A stretch of DNA of 64,000 bases from NCBI GenBank assembly GCA_964016885.1, contig CAXHJY010000751.1, positions 7,858-71,857 of the forward strand. Reading direction: 5' to 3'. Below the pieces are notes generated by a model. That model saw only the letters and a program-made list of their open reading frames with translations, was not told the origin of the DNA and did not search any database. Of this stretch, positions 53,165-64,000 are shown one piece after another. The stretch's first letter is position 1. Each line of letters starts with the position of its first letter. The position numbers were made by a program, and so were the translations under genes. Source of the DNA: Eledone cirrhosa (taxonomy: Eukaryota).

Positions 53165-53383
53165 TCTATATATAATATCGTCTTTTTTAATGTATCATGG
53201 ATTACGTTACTGATTACATAAGACAATGTAACGCAGTCTTCGTTCAAATTCTGTGTATTATATATTGTCAATTACGATTTTATTTGATGTATCATATCTA
53301 CATGTAGATATACTTGCGTATAATATCAATATACACACTACACATGTTAGCAGAAAACCACCCGGGGGTGGTTTTTCTGCTAG
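53165..53383 (+). mobile_element. Short Helitron-like element
   Basis: 5' TCTATATATAA; 3' hairpin TAGCAGAAAACCACC..GGTGGTTTTTCTGCTAG|T, as at 7456-7492. Confidence 0.62.
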
Positions 53384-53714
53384 TGTATATAATGTGAAAT
53401 GAAACTGGAAGGCTCATATATATATACGTGTGTGTATGTATATATATAAATGTGTGTATGTGTAAACATATATATATATATGTATGTGTGTGTGTATATA
53501 TATATATATGGGTGTCTGTGATCTATATACACTGGTCAAAGACTCACATACACATATATATATACACACACACACACTCACATATATACACAACACCACT
53601 ATCAGCTCTCTTCCATTCTCCTTCTCTGTCTCCTCTCCCTCTCTCTATGTCTCTCTTTCAATCTACTCTCTCACAACCACTATCTCTTTCTCTCTATCTT
53701 TCTCTCTCTTTGTT

Positions 53715-53905
53715 TATGAAGGTACCCGGAAAACCCCCGTATCTCGGGACCCCGTGCTCCGATTTACGCGGAACTTGTTTTATTCCATTTGTATTCCCAT
53801 TTCAGGGGCAACTTCCTTTCAAAGTATTTCCCCATTATGCGCCCTTTTGGCTGTGTTACATTACAGACAAGCAAGCAATCACAGACTTTTAGTAATATAT
53901 AGATA
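53715..53905 (-). mobile_element. Possible Helitron-like 5' fragment
   Basis: Minus strand starts A|TCTATATATTACTAAAAGTCTGTG..GTCTGT, similar to the other Helitron 5' ends here. Confidence 0.4.
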
Positions 53906-53986
53906 GATTATGGCTAACAACAACACGGCGTTTCTCTTGTCAAACTTTCCCCGTTCTCTTTCTTTTCTTATTCTCGTCTATCTTTC

Positions 53987-54050
<64 letters not shown>

Positions 54051-54057
54051 TCTCTCT

Positions 54058-54095
54058 ATCTTCCGATGAAGGATTAATGTCTGAAACGTCAAGAT
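54058..54095 (+). ncRNA. Minimal hammerhead motif (U4C variant)
   Basis: atctt-CCGATGA-a-ggat(taat)gtct-GAAACGTC-aagat; 5-bp stem I; same class as 46921. Confidence 0.6.
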
Positions 54096-54548
54096 ACTTT
54101 TCCTTCTGTATCAAGCATTAAACTAATATATATCATCCTAGTATTGCACTGTTCTCCTGTCTGACAGACAGACTAAGAGACAGACGGATAGACAAGTAGA
54201 CATGCTGACAGACAGACAGACTGACATACAGACAGACAGACAGATAGACAGACATACAGACAGACAGAGAGACAGACAGACAGACAGGTGGACGGACGGA
54301 CGGAAAGGCAGATGGACAGATATTCAACAATACTATAGAAAATAGATAATAGAAAAATTGAGAGATAAGATAGAATAATGAGAGAGGGGTGGGTTTAGGG
54401 AGAGAGAGACTGAAAAACAGAGAGGGGGAAGTGTAAGGAGGGAGAGGGGGAGGGAGAGGGGGAGGGAGAGGGAGGGAGAGGGAGGGAAATAGGAAACAAG
54501 AATAAAAGATGTATATCTTTAAAGTGAATAGACGTGACGTATGGTGAC

Positions 54549-56160
54549 GTGGTGGTGGTGGTGGTAGTAGTGGTGGTGGTGGTGGTGGTAGTGGTGGTAG
54601 TAGTGGTGGTGGTGGTGGTAGTAGTAATGGTGGTAGTAGTGGTGGTGGTGGTGGTAGTAGTGGTGGTAGTAGTGGTGGTGGTTGTGGTAGTGGTGGTAGT
54701 AGTGGTGGTGGTGGTGGTAGTGGTGGTAGTAGTAGTGGTGGTGGTGGTTGTGGTGGTGATGAAGATGGTGTTGTTGGAGGTGGTGACAGTGTCGGAGGTT
54801 ATGATAATGGGAGGGGTTGTTGGTGGTGGTGTTGTTGTTGTTGCTGCTGCTGTTGGTGGTGGTGGTGTCGGTAGTGACAGCAGAGGATGGTGGTGTTGTT
54901 GTTGTTGTTGGTGTTGTTGTTGTTGGTGTCGGTAGTGACAGCAGAGGATGGTGGTGTTGTTGTTGTTGTTGGTGTTGTTGTTGTTGGTGTCGGTGGTGAC
55001 AGCAGAGGATGGTGGTGGTGTTGTTGTTGTTGTTGTTGTTGGTGGTGGTGTTGTTGTTGTTGTTGGTGGTGGTGTTGTTGTTGTTGTTGTTGGTGGTGGT
55101 GGTGACAGCAGAAAATGGTGGTGGTGGTGTTGTTGTTGTTGTTGGTGGTGGTGACAGCAGAAAATGGTGGTGGTGGTGTTGTTGTTGTTGTTGTTGGTGG
55201 TGTTGTTGTTGTTGTTGGTGGTGGTGTTGTTGTTGGTGGTGGTGTTGTCGGTGGTGACAGCAGAGGATGGTGGTGGTGTTGTTGTTGGTGGTGGTGTTGT
55301 TGTTGTTGTTGGTGGTGGTGGTGTCGGTGGTGACAGCAGAGGATGGTGGTGTTGTTGTTGGTGGTGGTGGTGTTGTTGGTGTTGGTGGTGGTGGTGGTGT
55401 CGTTAGTGACAGCAGAGGATGGTGGTGGTGTTGTTGTTGTTGTTGGTGGTGTCGGTAGTGACAGCAGAGGATGGTGGTGGTGTTGTTGTTGTTGGTGGTG
55501 TAGTTGTTGTTGTTGTTGGTGGTGGTGGTGTTGTTGTTGTTGTTGGTGGTGTTGTTGGTGGTGGTGGTGTTGTTGTTGTTGGTGGTGGTGTCGGTGGTGA
55601 CAGCAGAGGATGGTGGTGTTGTTGTTGGTGGTGGTGTTGTTGTTGTTGGTGGTGGTGTCGGTAGTGACAGCAGAGGATGGTGGTGGTGTTGTTGTTGTTG
55701 GTGGTGTCGGTAGTGACAGCAGAGGATGGTGGTGTTGTTGTTGTTGTTGGTGGTGTAGTTGTTGTTGGTGGTGGTGTTGTTGTTGTTGTTGGTGGTGTCG
55801 GTAGTGACAGCAGAGGATGGTGGTGGTGTTGTTGTTGTTGGTGGTGTAGTTGTTGTTGGTGGTGGTGTTGTTGTTGTTGTTGTTGGTGGTGTTGTTGTTG
55901 TTGGTGGTGGTGTTGTTGTTGTTGGTGGTGTCGGTAGTGACAGCAGGGGATGGTGGTGGTGTTGTTGTTGTTGGTGGTGTAGTTGTTGTTGTTGTTGTTG
56001 TTGGTGGTGGTGGTGTTGTTGTTGTTGGTGGTGGTGGTGTTGTTGGTGGTGGTGTTGTTGTTGTTGTTGGTGGTGGTAGTGGTGACAGTGGTGACGGTAG
56101 GGTATGCTGGGTGCTAGTGTCTGTGGTGGTGGTAGTGGTGACAGTGGTGGTGGTGGTGAA
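54549..56160. repeat. GGT/GTT tract punctuated by ~14 GTGACAGCAGAGGATG anchors
   Basis: Constant anchor with variable-length trinucleotide spacers. Confidence 0.9.
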
Positions 56161-56362
56161 GGTAGAGGGGAGAAGGGTGGTGTTATAATCTATGTGGTGT
56201 TTAATTGGTGTCGAAGTTTGACAGGTAGAAGGAACTCCAAACGTAACTCCCCCCAATAAAACTGGTGTCAGTTTACCTGTTTTAATAAGATATCAACAAG
56301 ATTGGGTTGCGCCAATTGGTAGCCCTACTTGAGTAAATCCCTCATTCCAGAACACCAGCCCT

Positions 56363-56436
<74 letters not shown>

Positions 56437-56459
56437 CTATATACATACATATATATATT

Positions 56460-56745
56460 TAAAAGTTAAACAAGGTTCAATGAATACATCAAAGAATGAG
56501 TTTTACAATAGATTGGAAGCACTCAACAACGGTTTTCCAGAGTTATTATTATTAATTCAAAATATTAACAAAATAGATATTCTTGTGATCAAGTACATTT
56601 TATTATACATATTTCAGAGGTACTGATTTAAGTTCAACAGTACGTCCTCATCAGATAAAATAAGATGATAAATCAGTACCGCTGAAATATGTATAAAATA
56701 TACTTGATCACAAGAATATCTATTTTGTTAATATTTTGAATTAAT
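56460..56745 (-). mobile_element. Fold-back mini-element (~80-bp inverted arms within 56551-56745, plus one-sided tail)
   Basis: ATTAATTCAAAATATTAACAAAATAGATATTCTTGTGATCAAGTA is inverted at 56700-56745; flanked by microsatellites. Confidence 0.8.
56598..56660 (-). ncRNA. Type I hammerhead ribozyme
   Basis: Minus strand: ttttat-CTGATGA-ggacgtactg(12 nt)cagtacctct-GAAA-tatgta-TA-ataaaa. Confidence 0.83.
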
Positions 56746-56800
56746 ATATATATATATATATATATATATAAACAATGTCACACATACACACGTGTGTGTG

Positions 56801-56839
<39 letters not shown>

Positions 56840-56878
56840 GTGTGTGTGTATATATATATACACATATATATACATACA

Positions 56879-56924
<46 letters not shown>

Positions 56925-56929
56925 TTCAC

Positions 56930-56968
<39 letters not shown>

Positions 56969-57100
56969 TGAGTGTGGGTGTGTGTGTGTGTTTCTAAAGA
57001 AATACGGTATGTTTAAAGATAAACATTTAGAAAGTCGTAGCTACGCAAAAACACCGGCGGCTATCGCCACCTGGCGGTGTCCAGCAGAAGCAAGGGGGGA

Positions 57101-57146
57101 AATCGTCGATGCATTTCGAACTGAACTGGTTCTCACCAGGACGATC
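57101..57146 (-). ncRNA. Type I hammerhead (left arm, A6G variant)
   Basis: gatcgtc-CTGGTGA-gaac(cagttca)gttc-GAAA-tgca-TC-gacgatt. Confidence 0.75.
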
Positions 57147-57311
57147 GCACTCTCTCTTGTAACTGCTGGACTCTGAAAACAAGCGAGAATATATAGTTTT
57201 CTCGTCTATGTAAATGAGCTGATTAATCTCATTTGCATACGAAGCTGTCTAAGTTGGCACAACTTATAATAGAATTAGAATTGAGTTTCGAGCAGTTACA
57301 AGACCGAGAGG

Positions 57312-57357
57312 GATCGCCCTGATGATAACCAGTTCAGTTCGAAATACATCGACGATT
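57312..57357 (+). ncRNA. Type I hammerhead (right arm)
   Basis: gatcgcc-CTGATGA-taac(cagttca)gttc-GAAA-taca-TC-gacgatt. Confidence 0.75.
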
Positions 57358-58609
57358 GCTCCCCTTGCTTCTGCTGGACACCACCAGGTGGCGATAGCCG
57401 CCGCTGTTTTTGCATAGCTAAGGCTTTCGAAATGTTTGTTTATAAACATACCGTATTTTTTTAGAAATACAACATTCCAATACATATCTGTATACAGCTA
57501 TGCTCGAAGCTAAGTTCTCTCTCTCTCTCTATATATATATATATGATGTATATATGTAATGTATATATATATATATATGTATATATGTGTAAATATATAT
57601 ACACACACGTATACACATACAGAGAGAGAGACACACCCCTACACACACATACCCCCCCCCCTACCACATATTTCTTTTATTTTGTTATTGTTTTCATTAC
57701 TATTCTACCTTCCAATTCACCTCTAACTTTTCATCGTTTCCTTTCCTTTTTCTCTCTTGTCATCTTTTTTCATAGGTTGGTTCTTTTAGTTTCATTTCAT
57801 TTTCTTTCTCGCTTTTCGTTTCGTTTTTTATTTTTACTTTCTTCGTTTGTTTTCTGTTATTTTTTTCATTTTTCGTTTTTTTTAAAATTTTTTTGTTACG
57901 TTATTTTTTACTATTTTCCTTTCCGTTTTTTTTTTAATAATTTTTAAAATAATTTTTTTACTTTGGAATTTATGTTATTGTATTTGTTTGTTTTTGTTGT
58001 TGTTTTACTTACCCCGTGTGCGTTCCACCGAGGTGGTTTGTGTGGGATTCAGTCAACCAGTAAAAGTTTCTTCATTCTGAAGATCAGGTTCTAGGAATCT
58101 AAACCTTTTCACCCATCCTCATCCACAGCCACCACGACCACCGCCACCACATCAGCACACCATCGCGCAGAGCCACACATTACCACCATTACCACATCAC
58201 ACACAACCCCTCTCCACTGCCACCACCACCACTACATTTCTCACACGTCAATTTTGGTCATAAGATAAATTTTCTTATTTTACGATAGAGGTCGCTCAAA
58301 GATGTTTATCGGCCTTGCTGAGTGCCTTTTGATTCAATCATCCTCCACTCCCAGTTGAATAATTGTTAACAAAAAACATATATGTCACCTTTTTATTGCC
58401 TCCATTTCTTTCAAGATGTTTTAACAGGCTGTCACGACCCTTCTTTCCCTCTCTTGCTCCTGTCACTATTTCCCTCTGTCTCAATTTCATTGATGACACA
58501 CTTTTTTAAATATATATATATATATATATACATAATTTTAAGTGACACTTTGTTTAAGTTTTGTTCGCCACACGAACATTAAAGAATTAATAATTAAACA
58601 AGTAAAAAT

Positions 58610-59354
58610 AGTGGTTGATTCGTAGAGCGCCGTGTCGTATAAAATGGTGGTTGGTAGAGTGACATGTCGTATAAAATGGTGGTTGGTAGAGTGACATGTC
58701 GTATAAAATGGTGGTTGGTAGAGTGACATGTCGTATAAAATGGTGGTTGGTAGAGTGACATGTTGTATAAAATGGTGGTTGGTAGAGTGACATGTTGTAT
58801 AAAATGGTGATTAGTAGAGCGCGGTGTCGTATAAAATGGTGGTTGGAAGAGCACCATGTTGTATAAAATGGTGATTAGTAGAGCGCGGTGTCGTATAAAA
58901 TGGTGGTTGGAAGAGCACCATGTTGTATAAAATGGTGATTAGTAGAGCGCGGTGTCGTATAAAATGGTGGTTGGAAGAGCACCATGTTGTATAAAATGGT
59001 GATTAGTAGAGCGCGGTGTCGTATAAAATGGTGGTTGGAAGAGCACCATGTTGTATAAAATGGTGGTTGGTAGAGCGCCGTGTCGTATAAAATGGTGGGT
59101 GGTTGGTAGAGCGCCGTGTCGTATAAAATGGTGGTTGGTAGAGCGCCGTGTCGTATAAAATGGTGGTTGGTAGAACGCCGTGTTGTATAAAATGGTGGTT
59201 GGTAGAGAGCCGTGTCGTATAAAATGGTGGTCGGCAGAGCGCCGTGTCGTATAAAATGGTGGTCGGCAGAGCGCCGTGTCGTATAAAATGGTGGTTGGTA
59301 GAGAGCCGTGTCGTATAAAATGGTGGTTGGTAGAGCGCTGTGTCGTATAAAATG
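58610..59354 (+). repeat. 32-bp minisatellite (~23 units) with a 64-bp dimer higher-order block
   Basis: Unit GGTGGTTGGTAGAGCGCCGTGTCGTATAAAAT; dimer starts at 58801, 58865, 58929, 58993. Confidence 0.93.
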
Positions 59355-59455
59355 CCATTGTGGTATTTGTCCTGTCTCATTACATTTTGAGTTCAAATCC
59401 CCGCAAGGTCAACTTTGCCTTTCATCGTTTTGGGGTCAATAAAATATAGTAGCTG
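59352..59455 (+). mobile_element. SINE family 1 body (old), continuous with the 32-bp array
   Basis: TGAGTTCAAATCCCCGCAAGGTCAACTTTGCCTTTCATC..GGGGTCAATAAAAT. Confidence 0.75.
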
Positions 59456-59464
59456 TCAATTATT

Positions 59465-59833
59465 AAAGTCTGCTCGAGCCTGGTGCATCATCAGGCCGGT
59501 CCTTACCCTGTACAAGACGCTGCCTGGACAGGACGCCAGTCCATCACAGGGTCTGAATCGGTTTAGAGTCTAGAGGCTCATCAGGTGGTGCTTATCCCAG
59601 TTGTCGTGGCGGTAAGTAACTGAGAGTACAAGTCGTCCCCCTGGACATAACACAAGTCAAGTTAAACTCCTAGATTTAAGTACTCTGCTACTTTCAGCTG
59701 AGTATACTGGAGCAACGGGAAATGAAGTGTTTTCCTCAAGAACACAACCCACAAGCCAGTCCAGGAATTTAACTCACGACATTATGATCGTAAGTCCAAC
59801 ACTCTTACCACTAGGCCACGCGCCTCCACATAA
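59465..59833 (-). mobile_element. SINE family 2: tRNA-derived head, V-domain-like body, 9-bp target-site duplication
   Basis: Minus strand A box TGGCCTAGTGG and B-box-like GAGTTAAATTCC; CCCTGTGATGGACTGGCGTCCTGTCCAGG; TCAATTATT at 59456-59464 and 59834-59842. Confidence 0.82.
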
Positions 59834-60473
59834 TCAATTATTGAGGCTGATTTAATCCTTTCCCAAGATGTGTGACTAAAAGCAACGCAGGCTTTCTCTC
59901 CATGCTACACTTTTCCCCATTTACTTCTTTATTCTCGATTGACTTTCATTTTGTTCCCTATCTCCCAAACACTCTGTATTCTTACCTTTTCTATCTTCTG
60001 ATCAAGAACTAGCACCAGAAACAATATATATCACATGAATAAATTTTCTCTAAAACAATTTCTATTATTGTTTATACGTAGCCGATCTCTCCGCACACAA
60101 GCACACCACTCTTTATATACATACATACACATATAGCGGTCAAAGGTAACCTTTTTTTTGCCTTTAACGGTTGTCACCCTTTTATAAGTTATTTTATATC
60201 ATCTCCAGCGCATAACTTTTTATATTAATTTCTATTATATTTAATTTCTTATTAAATTTCGGGAGGTGGAGATTGTTTGTAGAATATAGGGTACGGATTC
60301 AGCAATTTTTAGCAAAACTTTACAAGAATTTCACAAAATAAATAAGTTCAAGAACCAAAACTGTAGGAAGATCTTTCATTGTATCATTGGTTCGTGAGAG
60401 AGCTGTGTATTGGCAGTATCGGTAGGGCGTCAGACAATATACATTGTGCCTAATTCAGAAACCATTATTGGTA

Positions 60474-60738
60474 TGATTTAGGCACAAGTGGAAGGGGGAA
60501 GGGGGTGTCAATGTAATCGACCCCAGTAACTGGTACTTTATTTTATGGACCCTCGTAAGGATGAAAGGCAAAGCTAACCACAGTGAGATTTGACCCAGAA
60601 CGTAAAACGACGTAATGAGATTTGAACGCAGAACGTAAAACGACATAATGAGATTTGACCCAGAACGTAAAACGACGTAACTATATGGCGCAAATCATGT
60701 CATGTTGACGCTCTAACAATTCTACTGCCAATCCACCA
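60474..60738 (-). mobile_element. SINE family 1 with an internal 32-bp triplication
   Basis: GAGATTTGACCCAGAACGTAAAACGACGTAAT x3 within a reverse-strand SINE. Confidence 0.8.
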
Positions 60739-60852
60739 GTAATATAAACACTTTAAAACTAAGAGTTTTGTATGGGAGAACTAGGGACTGGTTTCAGGTG
60801 GTTTCGTATCAACGTGATAAATAACACAGTATACTTTAATAACGCTTTCTGA

Positions 60853-61058
60853 TTTAGGCACAAGACCACACATTTTGGTGAAGGGGAAAGTTGATTAAAT
60901 GGATCCCAGTACATTACTGGTACTTTATTTTATCGACCCCGTAAGGATGAAAGGCAAAGCTAACCCCATCGGGATTTGAACCTAGAACATAAAGGGGTCG
61001 TAATTATATGCCACAAAACACGTCGGACGTTCTACCAATTATTGCCAATTCGCTCCCT
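60853..61058 (-). mobile_element. SINE family 1
   Basis: Reverse complement of the head and core. Confidence 0.82.
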
Positions 61059-61259
61059 TTATTTTGTTTATAATACTAGTGTCAGTTCAGTGAAAGTTGC
61101 TATGTTTAGACTGTGTTAATACACAGTGTATTCTCCAGCAATAAAAGTCTGTTTTAAATGACTCTTAACTTCTTCTTTGTTTTGTCTATTATTATTAATA
61201 GTCGCTACTACAGGTCAGAGTTGGAGATAACAAGATTCTAAAATATATTCACACAGACG

Positions 61260-61397
61260 ATTGGTTAGTTGTCTGGATGGTTGGCTGGCCGGTCGGTCGG
61301 TTGGTTGGTTCGGTGGATAGTTGGCTGGTTACTTGGTTAGTTGGCTGGTTAGTTGGTTCGTTGGCTGGGTGGGTTGGTTGTCTAGTAGGTTGGTTGA
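61260..61397. repeat. Degenerate (GGTT)n tetranucleotide repeat
   Basis: Direct inspection. Confidence 0.8.
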
Positions 61398-61444
61398 ATC
61401 TCCATTGTTATGTTATAACACACACATATATAATATATATCTTC

Positions 61445-61916
<472 letters not shown>

Positions 61917-61999
61917 TCATCATAAATCAAACAGCCGCCCGCGATATTTCTCAGGTTTCTCTCTGAGGTCCCCTGCCTACAGACGCCCCTTCAAGATGA

Positions 62000-62880
62000 T
62001 TAGCCCAGCCAATGATCTAAAATGTCTTTCACAGAGTTGGCAACCAAAACATTCACTGGGAATAGCCGGCTGTGGTTGAAGTTCATATATTTTTGCATGT
62101 CGTTTGAGCCCTCCTGCAGTCTGGTAGTCAACCACTGGTCTCACTTTAGGCAGAATCTTTAGGCAGAATCTTGCACAGATGCTGCATGTCAGCGCCATAG
62201 GAGGACCTTCGCTGTCTGAAAATGCAACAGTAATGGCTTTCTTCACACCCCTCTTTACTTTCTCGTATGCGATTCAAGATGCCTCAAAGGCAACTTTCCC
62301 CTCATATATAGTCTTTCTCCATTTATTACGATCAACAGAGATGTTAGCGTCCTTCAAAGAGGCTTTCAACGAATCCTTATACTTCTTTTTTGGTGTATGT
62401 GGCGGTCGTTTTCCTTTAACTAACTCTCCATAAAAGAGTTGTTTTGGTATTCTAGAATCCTTCATCCAGGCAAGGTGACCACGCCAGTGGAGTCTTTACT
62501 TAAGAACAAGAGCTTCTATACAGTCACACAGAAAGCTTTCCAAAATCTCGACATCACTGATGTGGTGCCTCCAGTGAACGCCATGGATCAGTTTGAGACA
62601 TCTGATGGAAACGCTCCAATTGTTTAAGGTGGTGCCGATATGTGACCCAGGTCTCACAGGCATAAAGAAGAGAAGAGAGCACATATGCCTTGTACACCTT
62701 TACCTTTGTCTTCTTGCATATGTCTCGCCGACCCCAGAGTCACCTTTCTAGCTTTCCGAAAGCATCACTTGCTTACCTAATCCTGAGTGGAATTTCATTA
62801 TCAAGGTTGCTGTATCGATTAACAGTGCTTCCCAGGTAGACAAACTGATCAACCACTCCAAGTCGTTTACCATATACATA
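62000..62880 (-). mobile_element. Second RTE-clade LINE fragment (same family as 22779-24617)
   Basis: [52 protein letters not shown]; multiple frameshifts and deletions. Confidence 0.92.

Positions 62881-64000
<1,120 letters not shown>

Larger units (their letters stand above)
56990..57515. mobile_element. Fold-back element with ~180-bp inverted arms, each carrying a hammerhead
   Basis: Arms 56990-57173 and 57283-57468; three small hairpins in the spacer; one-sided tail to ~57515. Confidence 0.85.

Noticed and set aside
54870-55950. CRISPR-like constant repeat with variable spacers
   Set aside because: Spacers are only GGT/GTT triplet runs, the context is eukaryotic, and there are no cas genes
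56090-56280. Possible minus-strand exon (KLTPVLLGGVTFGVPSTCQTST...TTTT) after an ACAG acceptor
   Set aside because: No recognisable homology or donor site; runs into low-complexity repeat
57680-58010. Long T-rich tract
   Set aside because: Low complexity with no definable unit or structure
59480-59590. Two CTGATGA motifs on the minus strand
   Set aside because: Part of the SINE 3' module; no stem II-GAAA-NUH arrangement follows
59740-59830. tRNA gene
   Set aside because: tRNA-like A and B boxes belong to a SINE head; no complete cloverleaf or acceptor stem
59993-60030. CTGATCA...GAAAC after a pyrimidine-rich leader
   Set aside because: Probably a relic of the 46921/54058 class, but core and stems are too decayed to call

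Overview
Repeat-saturated animal genomic DNA. The SINE, RTE and microsatellite content looks like an octopod cephalopod (inference). I cannot support any intact host gene. About two thirds of the window is simple or tandem repeat, including a ~20.5-kb 27/30-bp minisatellite at 25.85-46.4 kb, and almost all long ORFs in the track are artefacts of these repeats. Recognisable mobile DNA: a young, frameshifted, 5'-truncated Tx1-clade LINE; two RTE-clade LINE fragments with C-terminal C2H2 fingers; three non-autonomous RTE derivatives (5'UTR-like part plus RTE 3' tail); a Vingi/Ingi-like fragment; Helitron-like elements; and two SINE families. The main unexplained signal is that many short unique islands inside (TA)n tracts carry type I hammerhead ribozyme folds (about 12 motifs from several unrelated families). 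They include U3-A8 covariant cores, a hammerhead with a 97-nt branched stem II inside a direct-repeat-bounded ~890-bp unit, and fold-back cassettes with outward-pointing ribozymes plus a one-sided tail. These look like a diverse set of non-coding Penelope-like/retrozyme-type mini-elements that favour microsatellites. All folds and alignments were made by eye and need computational and biochemical confirmation.
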